A stretch of 29,863 nucleotides of DNA from a virus (IMGVR_UViG_3300017747_000149:1-29863), one strand, 5' to 3'; positions 18,701 to 26,392 are shown, numbered from the stretch's first letter. The notes: a model not told the origin generated them from the sequence alone. Numbers and translations: made by a program.

Positions 18701-21197
18701 AGTGCCGGGTAATAAAATATTTACAAGCACAGGTGACAAGATTGTTGATGCTGATGCCCGTAAGATTATGGCTCCATTGGTTCTTGAGCAGTTTGATAAT
18801 CTTAAGCAAACTTCTTTCTATCAGGAAGCCAGCAAAGACTTGCAAAAGATTTCTTTACAAAATCTTATTACTTGGGCGGGTACAACAGCTAAAGAAATAG
18901 CATCAGATAAAGCAACTGCTGCAGCCTATTCTGTAGAAAAACAACCCCGTTTGTTTGAGATCCAATATTCTAAACTAGCTCCAGAACTTAAGCGTGTTGT
19001 TGTTGAAACATACAGACAGCAACAGGGTAAAGAATTAGATGTAACAAAAGACTATGCTTCTGCTTTGGCTATTGCTGCAGCTATGCGGGAGTTACCCGGA
19101 TATGCTGTGGGTGGTGATGTAAGAGAACTGGGTAAAGCTTCTCTGTATGAGAATCAAATGAAGAAGCTTACAGCTTCTAAACTAAAAGTTATTAGTGGTG
19201 AGTTTAGAGAAGTGTATGGTAGACCTTTTAATCCAGACACAGACTATAGAGAAGCAGTATCCTTAGCTAAAGATGTAGGACTACTCGGCACTGGCTATGC
19301 TCTGGGAGGTGTTGTTAAGATGAATCCCGGTGGCTTCTTAGCTAAGAAGCTTGTGGGTGAGGCAGCAGAGACTGCCATTAAGAAAGGTGCATTGTCTTTA
19401 ACTGATATTGTTTCTAAACATAGCATCTCTCCAGCAGTGGAGCAAACTACACAGGCTTTGATTACACCTACTGTTAAAGAAGGTGCAGCATCTGCTATGA
19501 AAAAGATACCATACAATAAAAACAAGTATGCTACTCCTGTGTCTAAGCCAGTAGAAGATATTCCTATGGATGTAGAAGGGGCTAATAAACTAGCTGACCT
19601 TGAAGCAGCACAGAAGCCAGCAGCATTAGACGCTGACATGGAGAAACTTGTTGATGAAGCAGAGGCTTCATTTACACCAACAACTAAAGAAGACGATTTC
19701 TGGAATGCTGAGCCAACAAATCCTAAAGCTACTCCTGCTAAAGATCCAGAGTTTGAAATTAAAGAAGTTGAATATGATGAAGAAGGTTATCCTATTGAAC
19801 CCGGCAGCACACCTACACCACCTACTAAATCATTAGCACAAAAAAGAGTAACCATTTCAAAGATACCTGAAGGTAACTTAAATGCACAAGTAGGTAATGG
19901 CATAAGCAGTACTGAAACTAGAAAGGCTATGCTTGCTAAGATCAGAATGGATAGACAAGATTCTTTTGATTCTTTAATTGCTATGCCTGAAGTTTCTAAA
20001 CTTCCTGATGCAGAAGATGTTATGGCTGTAGTGCAGGGAGACTTCAGATATACAACAGGCAGAGAAATTAATTTAAATAGTGCAGAGGATATGCAGAAAG
20101 CTGCTGAGATGGCTAAGCAATATCAAGACAGGCTCAATAGACTTAGAGAAGAATATAAAGATGTTCCTCCTATTAAACTATTTCATGGAAGATCTTCATA
20201 CAAAGAAGGACCATCTTTAAGATGGAAGACTGGCTTTGATGATCCTCAGTTTCATGGTAATGCTCACAGTGAATTACATGTTGGTGGTACATCATTCACT
20301 AGAGATATTAACTTAAACTTTGAAAGCGAAGCTTTTGGTGGAACTAACCCAGAGAAACTTGTGTATACAAAGATACCCTATGCTGACTATATGTTCAGTA
20401 GGGTTCCTATGTCCAGCAAACAATATGGCCTTGAAGACTTTAACACCATTGCCAGATCAATTAATGGATCCGAAAGGGTAGTTAGACCTGTTTCTCTTTC
20501 CCGTTCTGGTAGCTTCAAAGAAGCAGAGGACATGATTACTGAGACAGATAAACTAAGACCACAGGGTAAGGCATCAGGCCGACAGCTTGAGGTGTTGTCT
20601 GCTGTTGAAGAAGCTAAGAAAGCTTTGAAGGGTGTACCTTTAGTTGAAGAAGGAAAGACCCCTATGTTCGCTAAAGGAAGAACACAAAGTGTAGGCTTCA
20701 CTGAGAGAACAGATAAAAATAAAAAGATTGCTCTTAATTTATTTGAGTTAAATAGTGTCTTTACTAACGCAAAGACAACAGAGAAAGAGCGTATCATTGC
20801 TGCTAATCAAGCATATAAAAATATTAAAGACTACTTTAATAATGCTTTAGAGTATGGCTCTATTACCTCAACTAAAGAAGGTACTGGTCAGCGTTACCAT
20901 AATTTCTTAAGAGATGTATCAGAAGTTATTCAGGCTGAAGACTATCCAAAAACTGTTGCTAGTGGAAACTTAGCAGGGCAGAGAAGAAGAGTTTATACTG
21001 GTAAACTTCTAGAGAATACAGCAGAAGTTTTAAAGGCTAACGGATCAACTGAAAAAGCTAAACTATTAACAGATCTTAATAGTGAACTAGGTAAGCTTAA
21101 GTATGGTAATGATTTGAAGAAACAAATAAATGCTATTGATAATGTCAGAAACCTTACTAGGAAATTTAATAAGGGTGGTTTAGCAAGCCGAAAATAA
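15726..21197 (+). CDS. Giant internal virion/ejection protein (1823 aa) with ART-like domain near the C-terminus
   Basis: Last and largest gene of the virion arm. It has a PFPRF motif typical of large podophage ejection proteins and LFHG/SFTRD/EAE motifs at aa ~1485-1601. Confidence 0.75.
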   Translation: MANEFDLFTSAPTGASVSPVQDEFSSFVASTTAQAPAPMAEKPPVDLTKPAFPAPRQRATKLVERAATIKEEEAKKIPFDDLWKDNNNYKVIQEYALARFGQQEGTPRRGETKQDFVNRFATHMRMLDTGNEFNSVGELQYLNNAKREDILKAGAAYDLFKNTAGVFDEQNRGQKGFRPVMDVLSSIISSPSTALTLGTGKIVSSGLTKLAAEKGTKAALTSAKGFGMATATPAVSAATTAAQDAVAQKIELNVAQAEFDQAKKIDPMTLTEEGQKQLQAYIDDRQKKLEEGVSGKRVALAGAIGAVTETAEVLPFLRGAGKKAGVSQLDEILKTRRVPATGETPTPKVEVKAKDPTEKALEDSYDIFEGRRLLDEQGKPTSVAQMEVRNDLNKKATLIAQDIWKQIPEFAPQATEKVSDAIKRTLESVDTFDDVVFERALASADVTPDEFAKMFRTSVGDAARSLQSLSVVARLQNKLKNIDPAAAAELNKMYGDRSAITSAFTGVKDFGMRLDRELKSLMVSQISTTIRNAFSGVSVVTFGTAAEAIESTLYRIGKTAGELATGKPVTGSFTGGIKGIYDDSIRSAFYLGQRELSADVTDALLSGTPALYRKMVKTTCEAGPNDLSKAAQIANTFNVAQDAFFRKAMFTSSVEKQLSRVGINMYDVIAQGKQVPFDVLQNAVNEALTGTFSKMPTKGPMFHAVKFIEELGPIGSTVIPFPRFMANAMEWTYKHMPTGVLSGSTDIAAGLTKMAKGEADMGTKQVTMGLENLSKGATGTAALYAAYKYRQENQDTEWYNIKNPDGSTVDARVLFPAAPFLALGDYIVKFQNSRTDEFKTKEFLEAMIGFKAPAGTYSWLGDKFAEAQSNAATGEDTADNKVKTFFGEWAGQYLGRALIPFQQLSDIFGAIDRNETLPRDATQIPAGEEGFTSSFKQELTKRTPVLKQELPVYQPPLRETAAFNDNGPLKMLSGIAVKGVPSALEAEVTRLKVPGNKIFTSTGDKIVDADARKIMAPLVLEQFDNLKQTSFYQEASKDLQKISLQNLITWAGTTAKEIASDKATAAAYSVEKQPRLFEIQYSKLAPELKRVVVETYRQQQGKELDVTKDYASALAIAAAMRELPGYAVGGDVRELGKASLYENQMKKLTASKLKVISGEFREVYGRPFNPDTDYREAVSLAKDVGLLGTGYALGGVVKMNPGGFLAKKLVGEAAETAIKKGALSLTDIVSKHSISPAVEQTTQALITPTVKEGAASAMKKIPYNKNKYATPVSKPVEDIPMDVEGANKLADLEAAQKPAALDADMEKLVDEAEASFTPTTKEDDFWNAEPTNPKATPAKDPEFEIKEVEYDEEGYPIEPGSTPTPPTKSLAQKRVTISKIPEGNLNAQVGNGISSTETRKAMLAKIRMDRQDSFDSLIAMPEVSKLPDAEDVMAVVQGDFRYTTGREINLNSAEDMQKAAEMAKQYQDRLNRLREEYKDVPPIKLFHGRSSYKEGPSLRWKTGFDDPQFHGNAHSELHVGGTSFTRDINLNFESEAFGGTNPEKLVYTKIPYADYMFSRVPMSSKQYGLEDFNTIARSINGSERVVRPVSLSRSGSFKEAEDMITETDKLRPQGKASGRQLEVLSAVEEAKKALKGVPLVEEGKTPMFAKGRTQSVGFTERTDKNKKIALNLFELNSVFTNAKTTEKERIIAANQAYKNIKDYFNNALEYGSITSTKEGTGQRYHNFLRDVSEVIQAEDYPKTVASGNLAGQRRRVYTGKLLENTAEVLKANGSTEKAKLLTDLNSELGKLKYGNDLKKQINAIDNVRNLTRKFNKGGLASRK

Positions 21198-21274
21198 TGG
21201 TATGCCTGAAGGGAATCGAACCCCTAGCCTACAACTTAGAAGGTTGTTGCTCTATCCAGTTGAGCTACAGGCAT
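21198..21274 (-). tRNA. tRNA-Arg (anticodon UCU) with encoded CCA
   Basis: Reverse complement is ATGCCTG TA GCTC AACTGGATA GAGC A ACAAC CTTCTAA GTTGT AGGCT AGGGG TTCGATT CCCTT CAGGCAT A CCA. All four stems pair. Confidence 0.96.
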
Positions 21275-21696
21275 ATATGAGTTAGTCTATCAAGAGGAAC
21301 CTTGTAAAAGAGTTCTCCTTGGTAGACATATTTATTTCTAGACTCTTTAATTTCTGAAGCTAGTACAGCAGCAGCTTCGCAATGAAACAATGCTGTCCCA
21401 TCTTTATTAATAGAGAAGAAGTGTGTAGGTAGTTCTTGTGTTAAGAGCTTCTTCTTCCTAGCAGGTACATTCAAATCTTCATAGGGAAACTCTACAGTTT
21501 TCCATGACAGTCTGACTTCTACCTCAGCATATCCCACCAACAAGCTGTCTTTATACAGATGCAGATCAACCCCATATCTATCGGGATTATCTCTAGCTTC
21601 CATATTCCAAAAAGAAGAGACATAGCTTTTAACTACATCTCTTCCAAACTTGTCATATGTGTCGTGTAGTTCTTTATCGAACCGCTTGGTAGCCAT
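21265..21696 (-). CDS. Hypothetical protein, PD-(D/E)XK nuclease-like (143 aa)
   Basis: Likely start MATKRF at 21696; the longer track ORF overlaps the upstream gene. YGVDL...YAEVEVR..W resembles a restriction-endonuclease-like active site. Confidence 0.6.
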   Translation of the reverse strand: MATKRFDKELHDTYDKFGRDVVKSYVSSFWNMEARDNPDRYGVDLHLYKDSLLVGYAEVEVRLSWKTVEFPYEDLNVPARKKKLLTQELPTHFFSINKDGTALFHCEAAAVLASEIKESRNKYVYQGELFYKVPLDRLTHICL

Positions 21697-21865
21697 TAAG
21701 TCTTTCAATGTTATCGAAGTAGCCACGATCAAAACCTCGTTGCCACTCTTTACCTGCCACAGATACTGGGTCATATTGATTGACCAACCATCCATGTCTG
21801 AAAGCTTTATAGCCCTGTTCAAATTGAATACGCAATGGTGCAGATCGTTCAGACTTGACTTGCAT
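21674..21865 (-). CDS. Ribosome modulation factor-like small protein (63 aa)
   Basis: AGGGGA RBS before the ATG at 21865. FEQGYKAF..G...NQY.......EWQRGF matches the RMF-family pattern GY.AG..G....CPY.......W..GW. Confidence 0.55.
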   Translation of the reverse strand: MQVKSERSAPLRIQFEQGYKAFRHGWLVNQYDPVSVAGKEWQRGFDRGYFDNIERLNGYQAVR

Positions 21866-21866
21866 G

Positions 21867-22073
21867 TTATTCCCCTGTAGGTTTGTTACCTTTAATGAGT
21901 TCACCAATCTCTTCAAACTCACCAATATAGATACTAAGAAAAGGCAACTTAAGTAGTATACCACTATAAGAGAACAATTTATCTTGTGGTCCACCATCAT
22001 CTATGATGTGACAGATGGTGTCATTGAATTCAATATCTAGCCCAATGCCCTGCCTTAGTTCTACAACTATCAT
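21867..22073 (-). CDS. Hypothetical protein (68 aa)
   Basis: ATGA overlap with the nrdB stop; fills the gap. Confidence 0.65.
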   Translation of the reverse strand: MIVVELRQGIGLDIEFNDTICHIIDDGGPQDKLFSYSGILLKLPFLSIYIGEFEEIGELIKGNKPTGE

Positions 22074-23029
22074 GCAGCTTTACCCCATACATCATCCCAT
22101 GTACCAGTGGTAGCACCCTTGCTGTAGTCTGTTACACGCTGCTCAAAGAAGTTGGTGTGGCTAACACCAAGCATACCATCTACCCACGGCAGAGGGTTCT
22201 TCTTAATCTTATAGATGCCTTTCATCCCCATAGAGATGAGTCTACGATCTGCAATGTAGCGGATGTATTGCTTCACTTCTTCTTTCGTAAGCTTCTCGAC
22301 CTCGACCATCGAAAAAGCCAGATCCACAAACTGATCCTCCAGACCCACCATTTGATCTGCAATTTCCTTGATGCGGTCCGAAGTCGTTTCATCCTGATGG
22401 TGCTTAACATACTCACGATAAACCTTAATCATACCTTCAGCATGCTGAGTTTCGTCCACAATAGACCAAGCAATGATTTGGCCCAACCCTTTAAGCTTAC
22501 CATTCCTTGCAAAATTAAGCAACATAACAAAGCTAGAGAATAGCTGCATGCCCTCACCAAAGGCAGAGATGGCAGCAATCTTCTCAGCCATTGGTGCTGC
22601 ACTAAGATTGTTAATGTAGTCATGCTTCTGCACCATCTCTCCATACTGTAGGAATTCATTGTATGTAGACTCAGGCAAGCCTAAGGTTTCAATGAGGTGG
22701 GCATATGCTGCTACATGCAGGGCTTCCCTACTAGCAAAGCCACTCATCATCATCCTCACCTCAGGCTGCTTGAATATAGGAATGTAGTGGTCATGATAAC
22801 CACTGCCAATATCCAAGTCACCCTGTACAAAGAAGCGCAAGATCTTTGTTAGAAACTCCTGCTCATGGCTGCTTAGTTTCTTGTAGTCTTTAACATCCTC
22901 AGACATAGGCACTTCTGTATGAAGCCAATGGCTCTGCTCATGCTGCAACCAAGCATCATAAGCCCAAGGATATTTGAAAGGTTTGAATGTTGTACGCTCT
23001 TGCGTAATGTCTGTCTTAGTCTTTACCAT
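22070..23029 (-). CDS. nrdB: Ribonucleotide reductase class Ia beta subunit
   Basis: Metal ligands and radical Tyr present: QGD, EALHVAAY, EGMQLFSSF, DETQH; C-terminal NFFEQRVTDY. ATG 23029 follows GAAGG. Confidence 0.95.
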   Translation of the reverse strand: MVKTKTDITQERTTFKPFKYPWAYDAWLQHEQSHWLHTEVPMSEDVKDYKKLSSHEQEFLTKILRFFVQGDLDIGSGYHDHYIPIFKQPEVRMMMSGFASREALHVAAYAHLIETLGLPESTYNEFLQYGEMVQKHDYINNLSAAPMAEKIAAISAFGEGMQLFSSFVMLLNFARNGKLKGLGQIIAWSIVDETQHAEGMIKVYREYVKHHQDETTSDRIKEIADQMVGLEDQFVDLAFSMVEVEKLTKEEVKQYIRYIADRRLISMGMKGIYKIKKNPLPWVDGMLGVSHTNFFEQRVTDYSKGATTGTWDDVWGKAA

Positions 23030-23030
23030 A

Positions 23031-24812
23031 TCAACCTTCACATGCTAAACAAGTTTCACCTTCTGCCACCTGCTTCAAATCAATATCGTCTTCAATCTTC
23101 TGACGCTTGATCTGAGCACCCACCTTATCTGCCTTACGCACCTTCTCTGAACGAAGATAGTATAAGCTTTTAAGTCCACTCTTCCAAGCAAGGAAGTGGA
23201 TGGCATGTAGATATTTAATGGATACATTGGCATGGAAGAACAAGTTAATGCTCTGACCTTGGTCAATGTATTTCTGTCTGTCTGCTGCAAGCTCAACCAA
23301 CCAACGCTGATCAATCTCCATAGCAGTCTTAAACACTTCCTTCAAGTTGTCAGGAATGTCTAGGTGCTGTACAGATCCTTCGTTGCTGATAATGGATGCC
23401 CATGTGTCATCATCGTCCATACCCAGTGCAGCAAGTTGTGCTTTCAGGAACCTATTCTTGTATACGAATGCTCCGCTGAGTGTATCCTGCCTAAATACAT
23501 TTGCTCTGTAAGGCTCGACCGAAGGGCTAGTATTCCCCATGATAAGGCTGCTACTAGCGTTAGGGGCAATAGCAGTATGATGACTAAACCTTCTATTAAT
23601 ATTGCCGTGACCAGCATCGATACAACTGCCACGCTGCTGCTCCAAGACAGAGTCAGCAAGTAGACACGAAGAATGAATGTGCTTAAAGATTTCATTGTTA
23701 TAACTCTTAGCCATCACACCATCGATGGCTACACCTTTCTTTTGTAATAGGGCATGGAAGCCTAGAGTACCAACACCAATGCTACGCTCCATCATTGCAC
23801 TGTACTTAGCTCTTGCAATTGTTGATGGTGCTTTGTCGATGAAGTATTGCAAGACATTGTCTAGCATTTCCATAACATCTAAGATGAATTGCTTGTCATT
23901 CTTCCAGTCATCGTAGTATTCTAAGTTGAGAGAAGACAAGCAGCATACTGCTGTTCGTTTATCGTTAGTTGGTAGAAATATTTCTGTACACAGATTGCTA
24001 CCATTAATCTTCAAGCCCTTGTCACTCAACCACTTAGGCATAGCCTTGTTAGCTGTATCAATGAACACCAAGTAAGGCTCACCTGTCTGCATACGCAGGT
24101 CTAGGATTTTCTGCCACAGATATTTAGCAGACACTGTCTCCACCACCTCACCATTGGCAGGGTTCTTCAACTGGAAGCTATCATCAAAGTCAGGATCTTT
24201 CATGGCCTTCTCAATGATGGTCATGAATTCATCAGTGATGTTGATGCCGTGATGTAGGTTTAGTGTGCGTACATTCTGATCACCAGTGGGCTTACGCATC
24301 TCCAGAAACTGGATGATGTCAGGGTGGTGAATGTCTAGGTAGGCAGCATAGCTACCCCGTCTTGTACGGCCTTGACGATAGGCCAAGGAACTGGCATCGT
24401 AGATTTTGAGGTGGGGCATAACACCAGTAGACTTATCGTCACCATTGCGGATACCAACATGAACCCCAACACCACCACCATACATGGATAGCCAGTTAGT
24501 TTCTGATAGGTTATCGACCAAGCCTTCTGCACTATCATCCATGTAATTAAGAAAACAGCTAATAGGGAGGCCACGCTTAGAGCGACCAAAAGATAGGATA
24601 GGTGTAGAGTAGCTAAGCCAGTGCTTGCTGCTGTAGTCATACAGTCGCTGAGCATGTTCCTGATTAGACGCAAACGATTCCGAAACATATGCAAATCTTT
24701 CTTGAGGACTAACTTCTTCATCCTTCATATAACTTTCTCTCAATCTCTGGATGCCTAGTTCATCGAACAAACTATCCCGAGACAGGTCAATACTGACCTT
24801 AAACTTTGCCAT
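23031..24812 (-). CDS. nrdA: Ribonucleotide reductase class I alpha subunit (no ATP cone)
   Basis: PISCF, SNLCTEI, CCLSSLNL, APNASSS, KSLYYLRS and C-terminal CLACEG; AGGAG RBS. Confidence 0.96.
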   Translation of the reverse strand: MAKFKVSIDLSRDSLFDELGIQRLRESYMKDEEVSPQERFAYVSESFASNQEHAQRLYDYSSKHWLSYSTPILSFGRSKRGLPISCFLNYMDDSAEGLVDNLSETNWLSMYGGGVGVHVGIRNGDDKSTGVMPHLKIYDASSLAYRQGRTRRGSYAAYLDIHHPDIIQFLEMRKPTGDQNVRTLNLHHGINITDEFMTIIEKAMKDPDFDDSFQLKNPANGEVVETVSAKYLWQKILDLRMQTGEPYLVFIDTANKAMPKWLSDKGLKINGSNLCTEIFLPTNDKRTAVCCLSSLNLEYYDDWKNDKQFILDVMEMLDNVLQYFIDKAPSTIARAKYSAMMERSIGVGTLGFHALLQKKGVAIDGVMAKSYNNEIFKHIHSSCLLADSVLEQQRGSCIDAGHGNINRRFSHHTAIAPNASSSLIMGNTSPSVEPYRANVFRQDTLSGAFVYKNRFLKAQLAALGMDDDDTWASIISNEGSVQHLDIPDNLKEVFKTAMEIDQRWLVELAADRQKYIDQGQSINLFFHANVSIKYLHAIHFLAWKSGLKSLYYLRSEKVRKADKVGAQIKRQKIEDDIDLKQVAEGETCLACEG

Positions 24813-24834
24813 AAAAATACTCCTGCTGTGGTGG

Positions 24835-24857
24835 AAAAAATGGGAGCCGAAGCTCCC
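24835..24857 (-). terminator. Terminator-like hairpin between thyX and nrdA
   Basis: Minus strand GGGAGC-TTCG-GCTCCC-A-TTTTTT with a C(UUCG)G tetraloop. Confidence 0.75.
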
Positions 24858-24889
24858 GAAAGGAAAGGTAGTTATACCTCAGTTGACTT

Positions 24890-25513
24890 CTACTTGCCAG
24901 TTACAAATAGAGATGGAAATAAGTTTGTTAGCACTACCTTACATTGGTCTGCTACATCACGATGTTCTTTCTGTGTTGCTTTGTCGCAACGAATATCAAC
25001 GTAGTGCATCCAACTTCTAAGAGTACCATTCATGTACATTCTACTGGTGGTTAGTCCTTCAGGCAATACCTTTCGTGCTACCTCCTTGGCTATACCAAGG
25101 CTCAATGCAGCCTCATAGGACCGCCTAGAAGCCACTAAAACATCTGTCTGTAGCTCATCCCATACCGCCATCAATTCTCGGTCCTGAACGGCTATAGAGT
25201 TCTGTCTGTTCTTGTTATCCTGTAGCCTCACCTCACTGGTTTCATAGCGTGAGGAAATGGCATAGCGTTGTGAGAATTCTTGGAAGCTAAAGCTACGATG
25301 TCGCAATATCTGTCGTGCAATGTCACGGGTTGTCTCAATTTCCATGCACACATTCACCATCTCAAATGGACTCCAGTGTTTGTTGTCCATCAAATACTTC
25401 AGCAGCTTGGGTGCTGTGTCAGGGTTGTCCTGATTCTCTGGGTTGCTCACCCTCGCCATGTATGCTATCAGGTGTTCCGCATTGGGTGTAGCCCAGATCA
25501 GTGTTACTGACAT
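24890..25513 (-). CDS. thyX: FAD-dependent thymidylate synthase
   Basis: HWSPFE, RHRSFSFQEFSQRY signature, KEVAR.VLP and TQKEHR. Start MSVTL has an AAGGAG RBS. Confidence 0.96.
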   Translation of the reverse strand: MSVTLIWATPNAEHLIAYMARVSNPENQDNPDTAPKLLKYLMDNKHWSPFEMVNVCMEIETTRDIARQILRHRSFSFQEFSQRYAISSRYETSEVRLQDNKNRQNSIAVQDRELMAVWDELQTDVLVASRRSYEAALSLGIAKEVARKVLPEGLTTSRMYMNGTLRSWMHYVDIRCDKATQKEHRDVADQCKVVLTNLFPSLFVTGK

Positions 25514-25652
25514 ATTTAGCTCCTTCGTTAACGCCATTCTTAAGTGCTGTAATTATACCGAGATTGAGTAGGAGGTTACGCTCTTCCCAATTTAAATCAA
25601 ATGTATAGGTGGCACTACCATCATCATGTTCTTCTAACATTTCAACATTCAT
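25419..25652 (-). CDS. Hypothetical protein (77 aa), 3' end overlaps thyX
   Basis: ATGA overlap with the HNH gene; EHDDGSATY motif common in small phage proteins. Confidence 0.65.
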   Translation of the reverse strand: MNVEMLEEHDDGSATYTFDLNWEERNLLLNLGIITALKNGVNEGAKYVSNTDLGYTQCGTPDSIHGEGEQPRESGQP

Positions 25653-26029
25653 TTCTTTTTCCTTTCTAGTTTCTCTTCTTCTGTCTTCACTTTATGACAG
25701 GGCTTACACATCACTTGCAAGTTCTCTATCTCACAGAAGATACGATCAATGAACATGTCCCAACTAACAAACCCCACCTTAGGATCTACCACTGGTAACA
25801 CATGATCTACCTGCACATCTGCTGCAACAAAGTGTTTCTTACATTTGGCACATTTGTAATGCATTGCCAGCTTGCCAGTCTTCTTGTTAGTCTTCCTACC
25901 AACGAAGGCTTCTTTCAAAGCCTTGAACTTAGGAGGCCAACGCCTAGATGCAGCTCGTAATGCAGAGGTGACAAAGCTCCTGAACCTAGCGTCAGTCCAC
26001 TCACCACCATTTCTTTTCTTATCTACCAA
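25649..26029 (-). CDS. HNH endonuclease
   Basis: CAKC...VQVDHV.PV...NLQVMCKPCHKVKT. Confidence 0.88.
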   Translation of the reverse strand: MVDKKRNGGEWTDARFRSFVTSALRAASRRWPPKFKALKEAFVGRKTNKKTGKLAMHYKCAKCKKHFVAADVQVDHVLPVVDPKVGFVSWDMFIDRIFCEIENLQVMCKPCHKVKTEEEKLERKKK

Positions 26030-26219
26030 TTGGTGTATCTACTAGATGCGACATGTCAGCAGCATCGTAATGCACAAATAGATCTCTGGCTATTGCCAGT
26101 GCTTCGTCAATATCTAGAGCAACAAACTCAGAAAGATACTTATCGTATTCTCCCTCAGCTACATGCTCAACAACAAAGCCATTACTGGCTTCTCTAATGG
26201 TTACAGAATTAACTTTCAT
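26019..26219 (-). CDS. Hypothetical protein (66 aa)
   Basis: GAAGGA RBS, I.EASNGFVV motif, coupled on both sides. Confidence 0.7.
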   Translation of the reverse strand: MKVNSVTIREASNGFVVEHVAEGEYDKYLSEFVALDIDEALAIARDLFVHYDAADMSHLVDTPIGR

Positions 26220-26392
26220 TCTAGTCCTTCGATATCAACGAAACTAAAGACTACATCCTGTGCATCCATTCGTTCCAACGAAGCAGTTAAGTTTTCAGTG
26301 ATGGCTTCACTCAGCACTTCCTCATTTAAGTAAACATTGGGTAGGTCTTTAGCTTTAAAGAATACCTTCAGATGAATGTCAACAGCAATCAT
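26216..26392 (-). CDS. Hypothetical acidic protein, 58 aa (not in ORF track)
   Basis: MIAVDIHLKVFFKAKDLPNVYLNEEVLSEAITENLTASLERMDAQDVVFSFVDIEGLE; ATGA overlaps at both ends. Confidence 0.7.
   Translation of the reverse strand: MIAVDIHLKVFFKAKDLPNVYLNEEVLSEAITENLTASLERMDAQDVVFSFVDIEGLE

Noticed and set aside
412-20797. Many antisense or alternate-frame ORFs over the virion genes (e.g. 855-1346, 3957-4505, 5691-6197, 6503-6931, 16817-17248)
   Set aside because: Shadows of codon-biased Ala/Thr/Gly-rich genes; no RBS or recognisable motifs noticed.
21697-22000. Long N-terminal extensions of track ORFs 21265-21822 and 21674-22000
   Set aside because: They would overlap neighbouring genes extensively; internal ATGs (21696, 21865) give a clean tiling.
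24813-24890. NrdR box or known riboswitch upstream of nrdA
   Set aside because: No match to the NrdR palindrome and too short for a known riboswitch.
25419-25513. 95-nt overlap of the 77-aa ORF with thyX as a functional dual-coding region
   Set aside because: The overlapping tail looks like low-information run-on; such overlaps are common in compact phage genomes.
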